Below are positions 1 through 9,307 of a stretch of 46,459 bases of DNA, piece after piece; position 1 is the stretch's first letter, and the number at the start of each line of letters is the position of its first letter. The position numbers were made by a program, and so were the translations under genes. The DNA comes from a virus, in the IMG/VR virus record IMGVR_UViG_3300018476_000003, positions 1 through 46,459 of that record. One strand, given 5' to 3'. The notes beneath the pieces were generated by a model. It was not told the DNA's origin. It made no database searches and saw only the letters and a program-made list of their open reading frames with translations.

Positions 1-108
1 CTCCGGCGCTGCAGTCCTCTCTCTCGGGCAAGGCACGAGCTTGCTGTGGCTGTACCCGTCGTGATGGCACATCTCGGGGGCTGCGGGTGGCGTACGGCTC
101 ATCGCAGC
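1..108. repeat. Terminal direct repeat, left copy (identical to 46352..46459)
   Basis: Base-by-base comparison by eye: ctccggcgctgcagtcctctctctcgggc...ggctcatcgcagc occurs at both contig ends. Confidence 0.95.
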
Positions 109-944
109 GCCTCCAGTGCGCGCGCCACGTGCGTCGGGTCGGGGTCTTCGTGCGTGAGTATCCCAGACGCCTCCAGCTCCGCCACGGCTCGGGCGATGCG
201 GAACTCGTACCGTACTCCCTGCTGCACATTGTGTTCTGTCAGCTCCGCGATGCGGGCCAGCGCCGTGTCCCGTTCACCCTGAGCCTTGATGCGCGCGGTT
301 ATCTCATCGTTCCAGGCGGGCAGCGCGGTCCGGTAGTTGTCGCACTTCTGGGCCAGCGGCACGCTCGCAAGCGCCGTGTCCCGTTCGGCGCGCGCGGACA
401 ACTCGCGCTGTCGACAAGCCGCGTGTGCACGCAGTTCCGCATCCCATCCTGCCCGGCACTCCCGGAGCGCTGTTTCGGTCGTCTCTTGCTTGGTCTCGTA
501 CTTGTCTAAGACTCCGCGGTAGACAGCCACTGAGCGACGCAACGCCTCCAGCTCGCTGTCATCCGCGGATTGATGCACGGTCACCCCAGCAATGATGCAC
601 GGATACTCATCCGTCACCCTAGCGGACGGCTCCGGCTCCGCTGCCTGCGCGGGGGTGGCGGGAATCCTAAGCATGCGCTCCAGCCTTTCGATGCGACTCG
701 ACTTGCCGTGTGACGGGGTAAAGTCAGTGTCGAAAACCACGTCTCGAATATCTTTCAGCAGCGCGGTCGCCTCGGCCAGGCGAGACTCGGCTCCACACCG
801 CAGCACCTCCTCGATGTGGGCTTGCTCTTCCGCCGCCTCCGCACGGGCCAGCGCGGCGTCGTAGAGGCGCAGGAGCTTGGCCGCGTGATCCGTGTCTCCG
901 CCGCACACCATGGCCCGCTCCTCTGCCGTCAGAGCTTCCGTCAT
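99..944 (-). CDS. Hypothetical coiled-coil protein with internal ERDTALA repeats
   Basis: ORF 99..986. The ATG at 944 (MTEALTAEER) follows gaggagagacg. Its stop forms an ATGA overlap with the start of the gene at 46064..46453 once the ends are joined. Confidence 0.6.
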   Translation of the reverse strand: MTEALTAEERAMVCGGDTDHAAKLLRLYDAALARAEAAEEQAHIEEVLRCGAESRLAEATALLKDIRDVVFDTDFTPSHGKSSRIERLERMLRIPATPAQAAEPEPSARVTDEYPCIIAGVTVHQSADDSELEALRRSVAVYRGVLDKYETKQETTETALRECRAGWDAELRAHAACRQRELSARAERDTALASVPLAQKCDNYRTALPAWNDEITARIKAQGERDTALARIAELTEHNVQQGVRYEFRIARAVAELEASGILTHEDPDPTHVARALEALR

Positions 945-1071
945 CGTCTCTCCTCGATGTTGGTGCCCGCGCGCAGGGGCCTTCACTGGCTGCCCCCATG
1001 GTTCTGCCCCGAGACGGTAGCCCGAGGGAATCCCGTCTGCCAGACACGCAGGCGACGCCCTCTCTACCAGT

Positions 1072-1491
1072 TCACCTGCCCGACAGTCCAGTCGCCCCGG
1101 CTGCTACGTTCATGCACACCACCGCGGTTTCGGCGATTCCGATATTCGCAGGCGCTTCGCTGGCTCTATCTTCTGCTCCGGCTCTAGAGATTGCAAGAGC
1201 CTTCTTCGCTCGCCTCCGTTGGCAGAGTAGCTCTGCCTCCCGTGCTCGCACTTCATGAAACTGCCTCCCCTGTAGGTACTCATCCCCCTGCACGGCGCGG
1301 ATGTAGGCGATGATGCGCTGAGCGGCGTACGGAGATACGTACGCCACCCGCCCGTGCGTCATCGAGAGCGTCGTGCGCAGCCAACCGTGTCGCTTGGCGA
1401 AGGCGCGGATGGTCGTCAAGCTGTGGTGCAGATACCAGGCGAGTTCCTTGAGGTAGATGCGCTCCTTCGAGGGCCTCCGGTCCTCGGGCAT
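1072..1491 (-). CDS. Hypothetical protein with HTH-like segment
   Basis: ORF 1072..1548; likely start MPEDRRPSKERIYLKELAWYLHHSLTTIRAFAKRHGW. Divergent from the plus-strand late genes. The start is uncertain. Confidence 0.5.
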   Translation of the reverse strand: MPEDRRPSKERIYLKELAWYLHHSLTTIRAFAKRHGWLRTTLSMTHGRVAYVSPYAAQRIIAYIRAVQGDEYLQGRQFHEVRAREAELLCQRRRAKKALAISRAGAEDRASEAPANIGIAETAVVCMNVAAGATGLSGR

Positions 1492-1520
1492 GACGAGACG
1501 CTCGTCATCGGCGGGCCGAC

Positions 1521-1961
1521 ATGGTATTTTGCTGGACAATGGGCGCATTCCTCCTGTCGAGAGAGCTGAAGGACGAAACCAAGAAGTCCGAGCGCCTCGC
1601 GCGCATCGAGGAGCTGGAGAGCGAAATCTCAGAGAAGTCCGCCGGGGTCGTCAACGCCATGCTCGCTGCCGTCGAGATTGACCCCAAGCAATCCGACCCG
1701 CCGCCGGCCTGGGTCGAGGAGTTCGGCGAAGAAGGCGCCCGCCTGCGCCTGAAAGTCGCCCAAGCCGCCTGGTTTCCCGCCGCTACGACCCCTGCGTTCT
1801 TCAAGCTCGCTATCCAGGTGCAAGTGGGCCTCGCCCGAGGCCGCCAGTACCGTATGAAAATCACCCAGAACAACCTCAACGTCAAACTCACCCTACCAGC
1901 ACCCACCAGCGCTGCGCACCCCGGACCCGTCACGTACGAAGTCCGAGATTTGGAAACCTGA
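1521..1961 (+). CDS. Hypothetical protein, first gene of the plus-strand block (small terminase not excluded)
   Basis: ORF in track with high third-position GC. Alternative start at ATG 1539. No recognisable motif. Confidence 0.5.
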   Translation: MVFCWTMGAFLLSRELKDETKKSERLARIEELESEISEKSAGVVNAMLAAVEIDPKQSDPPPAWVEEFGEEGARLRLKVAQAAWFPAATTPAFFKLAIQVQVGLARGRQYRMKITQNNLNVKLTLPAPTSAAHPGPVTYEVRDLET

Positions 1962-1964
1962 CCG

Positions 1965-2321
1965 ATGCCCTTTGAAGAAAACACCGTCCTGGCGAAGTTC
2001 GACCGCTCCTTCGGCGACAAAAAGGAAGAGCTGCGCCTCGAGCGAGGCGAATACAACGGCAAGCCCACCTTCACGCTCCGGCTCTACTGGCAGACCCCCG
2101 ACGGGGCCTGGCGCTGGGCATCCCAGAAGCCAACCACTTCGGGCAAGTGCTGGGAACGCCTGAATCTGAAGGCAAAGGAGCTGCAGGCCGTCGGCGAGGC
2201 CCTCATCGCTGCGGCCAACGACACCGGCGTGCCCTCGAAGGAAGACTTCCGCGCATCTCGTCTCCGCACCCCGGTGCCGGAGCATCACGAAGACGCCCTG
2301 GTCGATGACATCCCGTTCTGA
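1965..2321 (+). CDS. Possible PC4/YdbC-like ssDNA-binding protein
   Basis: The pattern ...ELRLERGEYNGKPTFTLRLYWQTPDGAWRWASQKPTTSGKCWERLNLKAKELQAVGEAL resembles bacterial/phage PC4-type proteins. This is from recollection, not a search. Confidence 0.4.
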   Translation: MPFEENTVLAKFDRSFGDKKEELRLERGEYNGKPTFTLRLYWQTPDGAWRWASQKPTTSGKCWERLNLKAKELQAVGEALIAAANDTGVPSKEDFRASRLRTPVPEHHEDALVDDIPF

Positions 2322-2324
2322 GCC

Positions 2325-2672
2325 ATGACCCTCATCTTCGGGCAGCGCATGGTGCGCATCAGTGATGGGATGCAAGGGGTCGTCGCGCAGGACGGCCCCG
2401 AGCTGCGCATCGCGTACACCGACCGCGGCGAGGAACGCCTCGCCGGCAAGGCCGAAAAATGGACGCCGGACGAGCTGGTGCCGGGCCCACTGCAACCCGC
2501 AGAGCGGTTTCTCATCGCGGCGACGTGTGACCGTGCGCTCCGCGCCTACGAGTGCAACGAGCCGCACAAGTACTGGGAAACCATCCCGCTCACGTATCGC
2601 GCCTACGATGAGGGGCTCATGGACGTCATCGACGAGTACCTCATCCGGCGGGAGACTTTGCCGGCGGGGTAG
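2325..2672 (+). CDS. Hypothetical protein
   Basis: ORF in track; starts 4 nt after the previous stop; codon bias matches its neighbours. Confidence 0.55.
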   Translation: MTLIFGQRMVRISDGMQGVVAQDGPELRIAYTDRGEERLAGKAEKWTPDELVPGPLQPAERFLIAATCDRALRAYECNEPHKYWETIPLTYRAYDEGLMDVIDEYLIRRETLPAG

Positions 2673-2967
2673 CGCGGCGCCGGCTGCAGTCCATCTTGTG
2701 ATGTCCGGCCCACTGCCGGCACTCGGGGCACGGCGGGTTTTGCTTGCGGATGAGCACGTCCATCTCGTCCACCTCGAGCAACGAAAAGTCGTCGATGCAC
2801 TTGCGCACGTGCCCGCTCGACCGCTTGCCCTTCGGGCGGCCCTGGTAGAACACCTCCTCGACGTCCTCGACGGTCGGGTTCTCCGGCGCGTCGCCGTCGG
2901 GCCAGATCTCTTCGATGGTCAAGTCGATGTCGATGTCGATGTGAAAGTTGAAGGTGGGTCCCGCCAT
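2641..2967 (-). CDS. Reverse-oriented small protein with C-terminal CxxC...HxxxC knuckle
   Basis: ORF 2641..3078; the internal ATG at 2967 gives MAGPTFNFHIDIDIDLTIEEIW...NPPCPECRQWAGHHKMDC. High GC3. Convergent with 2325..2672, overlapping by 32 nt. Confidence 0.5.
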   Translation of the reverse strand: MAGPTFNFHIDIDIDLTIEEIWPDGDAPENPTVEDVEEVFYQGRPKGKRSSGHVRKCIDDFSLLEVDEMDVLIRKQNPPCPECRQWAGHHKMDCSRRRATPPAKSPAG

Positions 2968-3013
2968 GTCGGCAGGGTGCCAGCGCGGCCGCGCCCGGCA
3001 TAATCGTCTGTTC

Positions 3014-3037
3014 CTATCAGTGCGCCGTGTCTGATAG
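3014..3037. promoter_or_regulatory. Inverted repeat CTATCAG-N10-CTGATAG (operator/late-control candidate)
   Basis: Read directly in the AT-richer gap between 2967 (minus-strand start) and the terminase frame. The same unit, spacing and trailing TT occur at 9318-9343. Confidence 0.5.
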
Positions 3038-3062
3038 TTCTGGACTATTGAAAAAACAGTAG

Positions 3063-4607
3063 GTATGGGCGCCGCCATCGCGAGAGAGGCGGTGGCGTAT
3101 CGACAGGTCCTCTTACCAGCCGAGCCCCTGGAGCCAGAAGTTCCACCAGACGACGGCCGATGAGGTCCTCGGTGGCGGTAGCGCTGGCCCCGGCAAGAGC
3201 CTCACGCTGCTCTGGGACCCCATCGTCAAGCAGGCGGTCGTCGAGCATGCGCGCGCGACGGGGCAGCTGCTGGACGAGCTGCCCGAGTGGCTCGCGACGC
3301 TCTGCCGCCAGCATCCCATCCGCCCCGGCGAGAGTGAGGGCCATGCGCTCCACATGCGCCGCACGATGCCGATGTTGCAAGAGACCATCGACCGCGCCGA
3401 GCGCATGTTTCGGCAGTTCGACCCGGGCGTCGTCTACAACAAGGAGCTGCACCGGTACACGTTCACCAGCGGCTTCAAGAACACCTTCGGGCACTGTCGT
3501 GAGCCCAAAGACCACATCAACTATCTCAGCAAGCAGTACACGTACCTCGGCCTCGACGAGGCGGGGCAGTTCCTCGAGGACCAGTACGAAGAGCTAGATG
3601 CCCGCGTCCGCAGCGCCGACCCGGTCCTGAAGTACCTGCTCGCGACTCGCCTCATGAGCAACCCGACGCCGGGGTGGCTCAAGGCGCGATTCGTCGACCC
3701 GGACCCGAAGGGCAACGTCGTCTTCCGCGTGAAGGTGTTCGACCCCGACACGGGCGAGACCAAGTACAAGACGCGGCTCTTCCTGCCGGCGAAGCTCGAC
3801 GACAACCCGGACAAGGCGTTCGTCACGCAGTACAAGCTGAAGCTGCTCAGCAAGCCGGCGCACATGCGCGCGCGCTACCTCTACGGCGATTGGGACAGCG
3901 TCGAGGGCGGCTTCTTCGAGGACGACTACAACCGCGACGTCCACGTCATCGAGCCGTTCAAGATTCCGCGCGACTGGCCGAAGTTCCGCAGCATGGACTG
4001 GGGCTACAAGGCCCAGGGCGTCATCGGCTGGTTCGCCATGGACCCCGACGACAACCTCTACCAGTTCTACGAGTTCAACTTCCGCTTGATGCGCGACATC
4101 GAGGTGGCCAAGCGCGTCATCGAGATTGAGAGCCGCTTCGGCTTCTGGAACAAGCGGGAGAGAAAAAGCCGCCTCACCGGTGTTGCAGACACTCAACTCT
4201 GGGAAGAGCGCGGCGACAGCGGCAAGAGCAAGGCCGCCGTGTTTGCCGCCGAGGGCATCTACTGGCAGCAAGCCGACAAGGCCAGCATCGCGCGCAACGC
4301 CGAGCGCATCACCGAGCGCCTGCGGGACTACGACAAGACCAAGCCGCCGGGGCTGCAGATCTTCAAGAACTGCCGCGAGACCGCCGCCATGCTCGCCAGC
4401 ATCGGGGTCGATGAGAATGACGACACGGTGCCGGACAAGAAGAGCCCGAAGAAGCACTGGTTCGACGTCCTGGCGTACGCCTCGGCGCGCGCGTCCCGCG
4501 GTCGCGGCAGCATCGTGATGGACCTGCACGACTTCGACAAAAACGCCGACAACGACAACGATGAGGCCGAGCTGCCGAAGGCCGGAGGGTTCGGTTATGG
4601 GAGCTAA
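3063..4607 (+). CDS. terL: Terminase large subunit (5' end unresolved)
   Basis: The frame is open from 3063. It encodes YQPSPWSQKFHQTTADEVLGGGSAGPGKS (Walker A, ~3171-3200), LGLDEAGQF (Walker B, ~3546-3572) and a nuclease-type acidic C-terminal half. The first canonical in-frame start (ATG 3354) lies downstream of Walker A. Confidence 0.85.
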   Translation, partial: VWAPPSRERRWRIDRSSYQPSPWSQKFHQTTADEVLGGGSAGPGKSLTLLWDPIVKQAVVEHARATGQLLDELPEWLATLCRQHPIRPGESEGHALHMRRTMPMLQETIDRAERMFRQFDPGVVYNKELHRYTFTSGFKNTFGHCREPKDHINYLSKQYTYLGLDEAGQFLEDQYEELDARVRSADPVLKYLLATRLMSNPTPGWLKARFVDPDPKGNVVFRVKVFDPDTGETKYKTRLFLPAKLDDNPDKAFVTQYKLKLLSKPAHMRARYLYGDWDSVEGGFFEDDYNRDVHVIEPFKIPRDWPKFRSMDWGYKAQGVIGWFAMDPDDNLYQFYEFNFRLMRDIEVAKRVIEIESRFGFWNKRERKSRLTGVADTQLWEERGDSGKSKAAVFAAEGIYWQQADKASIARNAERITERLRDYDKTKPPGLQIFKNCRETAAMLASIGVDENDDTVPDKKSPKKHWFDVLAYASARASRGRGSIVMDLHDFDKNADNDNDEAELPKAGGFGYGS

Positions 4608-4929
4608 CCCGCCCCATCTGTCGAAGTACCAGCAGCGCGTGTTTGAGGCGCACCAGCCCAAGACTGCGCGCGCGGCGATGAGGCTGGTCGGGCTGGGGCG
4701 CAGGTCCGTGCGACTGCTCGTGCTGCAGGGCTTGGTCTCCAACGACATGTGGCCCGACTTGCCGGGGTGGTCCATTCGTTGCGCGGGCCGCCGTTGCTTC
4801 CCGCTGCCCCTCATCAATCGCCAGACCATCACCGCCGACCGCCACGTCTGCCCATTGCGCGGATGGCAATGCCCCTGCTGCGCCGAATGCACGCGAGCGT
4901 GCGAGGAGTCGACCGACCATGGCCACTGA
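4597..4929 (+). CDS. Small Cys-rich protein between terminase and portal
   Basis: ORF 4561..4929; ATG 4597 follows ggaggg. C-terminus HVCPLRGWQCPCCAECTRAC. Overlaps the terL stop and the portal start. Confidence 0.45.
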   Translation: MGANPPHLSKYQQRVFEAHQPKTARAAMRLVGLGRRSVRLLVLQGLVSNDMWPDLPGWSIRCAGRRCFPLPLINRQTITADRHVCPLRGWQCPCCAECTRACEESTDHGH

Positions 4930-7201
4930 AGAAGAGCACCCGCGCCCCGACGCGACCGACGGCGATGTCGCCAACGACACCGAGAGCGTTTTCGAGATGG
5001 GCCAGGACAGCCCGAGCGAGGAGCCGTTCGAATACAGCGAGGACGAGATGAACCTCGTCAAGGCCTTCAAAGAGCACCCCGAGGGGCGCGCTGCGCTCAA
5101 GCGCCTGAGCGAAAAGTGCATCACCGACTTCGACGCGGCGTGGGAGGCGACCGAGGGGTTCCGCAAGACGATGGCCGACACGTGGAAGTTGTTTGCCGGC
5201 ACCCTCGACCCGAAGGGGCCGCCGTTTCAGCACATGGCCAACGCGCACGTGCCGCTGCTCATGGAGAACACCATCCGCATGGGCTACCGCCAGGCGTACG
5301 AGCTGTTCGGCAACTGGACCAACGTCTTCGGCGTCAACCCCATCGGGCCCGATGACGAGCACACCGCGAAATTGCTCTCGCTCCACGGCAACTGGCAGAT
5401 TCGCAAGCGCATCAAAGACTTCAAGCGCCAGCTCGGCTACCGCGGCCTGCTCGCCTTCAATCTCTTCGGCGACGTCACCTGCCACAGCTACTGGGACCCG
5501 CAGCGCCGCTACAACCGCCACGAGATTCTCACCCCGAACGAGTTCGTCTGCGCCAACGCGCACGTGTCCACCATGCCCGACTACTCGGATGTGTCGTGGG
5601 TGGCGAAGGTCATCTTCATGGACGGGCACGAGGTCCGGAAGATGAAAAGGCTCTGGGAAGACGTGGAGACGATGCTCGCGCACCTGCCGCCGGACTGGGA
5701 CGAGGGCAGCATCACCCAGGAGATGCGCGAGGCGGTCGACAAGAACCTCGGGGTCGACTCGACCGCGTACCAGAAGGGGCAGTACAAAATCATCCAGTAC
5801 GAGGGCTGGCTCAACCTGCCGCCGAGCACGGTGCAGCCTACCGAAGAGGGCGAAGAGCCCGAGGAGCCACGCGACCGCTACTGCAAGCTGCTCATCGACC
5901 ACCAGACGAGCACGGTGCTCTCGCTGCAGATCCACGAGCGCGTCGACCCGTACGACAAGCGCCGCTTCGAGTTCGAGAGCGAGCAGCTGAAAAAGTACCA
6001 GGACGGCATCGCCGAGCTGGAGGCCTTCAAGCAGGAGATGGAAGAGACTCGCCGCGCCGCGCTCTCCATGGGCCACGAAATGGACCCCGCCAGCGACGGG
6101 CCCGCGCAGGCCATCGTCATGGCGCGCGCCATCGAGGAGCTGCCGCCGCCACCCGAGCCCCCGATGCCCGAGTGGATGCGCGGCGACCCCAACGCTCGCC
6201 CGCGCCCGCCCGAGAGCGTGCCCATTCAGCTGTTTGCCCACGGCGTCAACATCGAGCCCATCCTGGGCATCCTGGGCCTGGGCACCGGAGCTATCCACGC
6301 CGCGCAGAACAAGGCGGCCAACATCGCGCTGTCCGCCTTCATCGACCAGGGCACGCTCGGCAACTTCAAAAACTTCCTGATGAAGGGCGACGTGCGCTTC
6401 CCGGGTGGGGAGAAAATCATCATCGAGCCCGGCAAGATTCATAAAGTGGAGGGCGCCATGGACCTGTCCAAAGACATGGTCGCGCTCGACTTCGGCGAGG
6501 CCAGCCCGCAGATGCTGCAGCTGGTCGAGATGCTGATGAAGTTCGGCAACACGGTGACCAACACCCCCGAGGTGCTCTCGGGCGAGAGCGGCAAGAGCGG
6601 GGAGACCGCGCAGGGCATCAGCGCCCGCATCGAGCAGGCGACCAAGATGCTGAGCGTACCGACGGGCAAGTACGCCGACTTCCTCACGCAGGTGCTCATC
6701 AACAACGCCGGGCTCAACGCCATCTTCATGGACGACGCCGAGTTCTTCGCCGTCAACAACCACGACCCCGCGCTCGGCCCGATGGGGCAGCAAATGATGA
6801 GCGTGGGCCGCGAGCTGTACGACCGCCCCTATGACATCGAGATTAGCGCGGACCTGAAGTTCACCAGCACCGCCCAGCGCATCAGCGAGGCCGATGCGCT
6901 CGTGCAACTGCCGAACGCCGTGCCCGAGCTGCAGGGCAACTTCACCTTCAAGCACATGACCGTGCAGAAGGCGCTCGAGGCCCGCAACCGCTACGACCTC
7001 ATCTCGACGCTCGGCGCCCCGCCGCCTGCGCCGCAGTTCTACGGCGCTCCGACCTCTCCGCCTGCTCCGCCGCCGGGAGCGCCCATGCCAGGTCCTGGCG
7101 GACCGGCGGGGCCAGGAGGGCCGCCACCAGCTAACCAGAACGGCGGTCCCCCGAAGCCGCAACCGAAACCCCAACAGCCGCAACCCCCGAAGGCCGCATG
7201 A
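4919..7201 (+). CDS. Portal protein (by size and position) with Pro-rich C-terminal tail
   Basis: A 760-aa ORF immediately after the terminase. The C-terminus is APPPAPQFYGAPTSPPAPPPGAPMPGPGGPAGPGGPPPANQNGGPPKPQPKPQQPQPP. No diagnostic motif can be read by eye. Confidence 0.55.
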   Translation: MATEEEHPRPDATDGDVANDTESVFEMGQDSPSEEPFEYSEDEMNLVKAFKEHPEGRAALKRLSEKCITDFDAAWEATEGFRKTMADTWKLFAGTLDPKGPPFQHMANAHVPLLMENTIRMGYRQAYELFGNWTNVFGVNPIGPDDEHTAKLLSLHGNWQIRKRIKDFKRQLGYRGLLAFNLFGDVTCHSYWDPQRRYNRHEILTPNEFVCANAHVSTMPDYSDVSWVAKVIFMDGHEVRKMKRLWEDVETMLAHLPPDWDEGSITQEMREAVDKNLGVDSTAYQKGQYKIIQYEGWLNLPPSTVQPTEEGEEPEEPRDRYCKLLIDHQTSTVLSLQIHERVDPYDKRRFEFESEQLKKYQDGIAELEAFKQEMEETRRAALSMGHEMDPASDGPAQAIVMARAIEELPPPPEPPMPEWMRGDPNARPRPPESVPIQLFAHGVNIEPILGILGLGTGAIHAAQNKAANIALSAFIDQGTLGNFKNFLMKGDVRFPGGEKIIIEPGKIHKVEGAMDLSKDMVALDFGEASPQMLQLVEMLMKFGNTVTNTPEVLSGESGKSGETAQGISARIEQATKMLSVPTGKYADFLTQVLINNAGLNAIFMDDAEFFAVNNHDPALGPMGQQMMSVGRELYDRPYDIEISADLKFTSTAQRISEADALVQLPNAVPELQGNFTFKHMTVQKALEARNRYDLISTLGAPPPAPQFYGAPTSPPAPPPGAPMPGPGGPAGPGGPPPANQNGGPPKPQPKPQQPQPPKAA

Positions 7202-7473
7202 GCATCATCGACCAAACCATCGCCAGCCAGGACCTCATCGGGCAGCTCGCGTCGAGCAACTGCATCCCGACCTTCGGGTGTCCGTCCGCCTACTACCCGC
7301 AGCCCATCCCCTACTCGACGTCAAAGGTGACCATCGAGGCGGTCGAGGGCGGCTACATCATCAGTAGCTACTTCCAAGGCAAAGGCGACGTGCGGACGGT
7401 GGCTCTCGACGCCGAGGGACTCGCAAAGATTATAAAGAGCTGGTGCACGCGATTCCAAGCAAAGAGCAAGTGA
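7198..7473 (+). CDS. Hypothetical protein
   Basis: ATGA overlap with the portal stop; ORF in track. Confidence 0.55.
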   Translation: MSIIDQTIASQDLIGQLASSNCIPTFGCPSAYYPQPIPYSTSKVTIEAVEGGYIISSYFQGKGDVRTVALDAEGLAKIIKSWCTRFQAKSK

Positions 7474-7474
7474 C

Positions 7475-7684
7475 ATGCGCGACCTGCAGCTGCTCGCCGA
7501 CTACCTCGTGCGCCTGCGCCAGGAGAAGCTGCAGCTCGGGCACAGCCAGGCGCTCGCGGACGACCCGCGCATCATCCACCTCGTCATCACCGCGCACGAG
7601 GCTGAGCTGTGCAGCCGCATCCTCGCCGCCGTCAAAGTGCTCGAGCGCGACTCGGGCAAGTTCATCCAGGAGTATCTTTCGTGA
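7475..7684 (+). CDS. Hypothetical protein
   Basis: ORF in track; starts 1 nt after the previous stop. Confidence 0.5.
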   Translation: MRDLQLLADYLVRLRQEKLQLGHSQALADDPRIIHLVITAHEAELCSRILAAVKVLERDSGKFIQEYLS

Positions 7685-8412
7685 GCAGAAGCATCCCCGT
7701 ATCGGTGGGCGACCCCGACAAGGTCACCGCCTGGCCGTTCCCTGAGCCCGAGAAGACGAGCGCCTGGAACGACAACGCCGTCCTGCCGAAGGAGCCCAGC
7801 ATCGAGCTGCGCGACTTCGAGAAGGACACCGCAGAGAAGCGCACGGCGCTGATTCGCGCCCGCATGAGCCCGCCCGGGGCCTTGCACCTGCCGCCGCTGC
7901 TCGAAGCCCAGCGCCTGAAGTGGGGCATCTCGGACGGCTTCTTCAAGAGCCAGGCTGCCTTCGACCGCATCTATGTCTTCCCCATCGACCAGTTCGACGA
8001 CAAGGAGACGTACTCGCCGACCGGCACCATCATCCGCGGCACGCTCACCAAGCTAAAAGACATGCAGGAGGGCAATCGCGGCGTGCTCATCAGCGCCGGG
8101 CTCACCGCCGCCGACCGCCTGATGAGCCACGGCATCGAGCTAGGCCACATCATCACGACCAACAAAAACGTGCCCTTCGCGCGCCGGTGTGACCGCCTCG
8201 AAGACGGCACGCCCATGTTCTATCTCGTGATGCGGGAGGCGGACCTCGCCGGCAGCGAGACCCTGGCAGAGGAAATTCTCGCGGGCAAGAAGCGTGTGAT
8301 GGAGGTTGGCCTCGACGACGGCTACCAGCACCAAATCGCCTGCATCGGGGAAGACGGCATCATCGACGATATCCGGAAGAAGAAGAGCGTGTTCATCAAC
8401 GACACGTGGTGA
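7681..8412 (+). CDS. Hypothetical head-module protein
   Basis: ORF 7609..8412; the GTG at 7681 forms a GTGA overlap with the upstream stop. Sequence begins VSRSIPVSVGDPDK. The segment RIYVFPIDQFDDKETYSPTGTIIRG...GVLISAG weakly recalls a GroES-like fold. Confidence 0.55.
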   Translation: MSRSIPVSVGDPDKVTAWPFPEPEKTSAWNDNAVLPKEPSIELRDFEKDTAEKRTALIRARMSPPGALHLPPLLEAQRLKWGISDGFFKSQAAFDRIYVFPIDQFDDKETYSPTGTIIRGTLTKLKDMQEGNRGVLISAGLTAADRLMSHGIELGHIITTNKNVPFARRCDRLEDGTPMFYLVMREADLAGSETLAEEILAGKKRVMEVGLDDGYQHQIACIGEDGIIDDIRKKKSVFINDTW

Positions 8413-8419
8413 GGAAACC

Positions 8420-9307
8420 ATGAGCAACTCATACATGCAGGGCGACCACGACAACTCGGCCGCGGTCCCGTTTTCGGACGATGACGAGAAGGGCAGCGCC
8501 GCCGACCTCGATGAGGACTCACCCGACGCGAGCCCCGAGGAGCGGCTCAATCGAAAGCAGCGCCGGCAGGCGCGGCTGCAGGCCATGCTCGCCGACGGCA
8601 AGAAGAGCAAGGCGGAGCTGGCCGAGCTGAAGGGCGCCACCGACACGCTCAAGACCGAGCTGGCCACCCTGCGCGGCTACGTTGCGGCGCAGCAACAGCA
8701 GCGCCCCGTCAACGATGACGGCAAGGACCCGTACGAGCGCCGCCTCGATGCGGTCTACGAGAAGCAGAGCGAGGCCTACAACGGAGCCCAGGCCGAGATT
8801 GCCGCCGGCACCTTCAGCGCCGAGCGCCAGAAGTACTACGAGAAGATTGCGCGCGAGGTCGAGAGCGAGAAGACCCGCATCCACACCGAGCGCACGCTGG
8901 CCGCCCAAGCGCACAGCCAGCGCGCCGAGCAGGCGCAGCAGGTCTGGGTGCAGAAGTACCCCGAGGTCTACGGCAACCGCGCCGCCTACGAATACGCCGA
9001 GGGCACATGGAAGCGGCGCAAGGCACGCGGCGAGGCCGTCACCAGCGAGATGGTCGACGACATCATGCGCGAGACGATGGCCGAGTTTAAGCTCGGCAAG
9101 CGCGCAGCGCCGTCGGCGAGCGACCGCGCGCGCATGAGCGGGATGCCGTCATCGGGCGGCGGCGGCACCGCGCGACCCGCAGGCGCGCTACCGCCCGAGC
9201 TGCGCCGCATGGCCATCGCTGCTCACAGCGACTTGCCCGAAGCCGACGCTATCAAGAAGTGGCAAGCCACCACCGGCAAGAAGCTGCGGGACAAAAAGGT
9301 TATCTGA
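8420..9307 (+). CDS. Scaffolding-like protein
   Basis: ATG 8420 follows gaggaaacc. Acidic N-terminus, long Q/A/E/R coiled-coil-type sequence, located upstream of the capsid gene. Confidence 0.5.
   Translation: MSNSYMQGDHDNSAAVPFSDDDEKGSAADLDEDSPDASPEERLNRKQRRQARLQAMLADGKKSKAELAELKGATDTLKTELATLRGYVAAQQQQRPVNDDGKDPYERRLDAVYEKQSEAYNGAQAEIAAGTFSAERQKYYEKIAREVESEKTRIHTERTLAAQAHSQRAEQAQQVWVQKYPEVYGNRAAYEYAEGTWKRRKARGEAVTSEMVDDIMRETMAEFKLGKRAAPSASDRARMSGMPSSGGGGTARPAGALPPELRRMAIAAHSDLPEADAIKKWQATTGKKLRDKKVI

Noticed and set aside
3354-4607. ATG 3354 as the terminase start, as given by the ORF track.
   Set aside because: It would delete the Walker A P-loop (GGGSAGPGKS, ~3171-3200), which is encoded upstream in the same open frame.
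4829-7183. A 784-aa minus-strand ORF, with similar long ORFs at 3594..4892(-), 12791..14074(-), 14120..15331(-), 16641..18122(-), 26854..28665(-), 37381..38436(-), 38142..39368(-), 35053..36408(+) and 30806..31909(+).
   Set aside because: All lie antisense or out of frame to ORFs with clear motifs (portal-sized gene, terminase, fibre, helicase, integrase and so on). They are Arg/Ala/Gly/Pro-rich with no motifs. They are typical shadow ORFs of stop-poor high-GC DNA.
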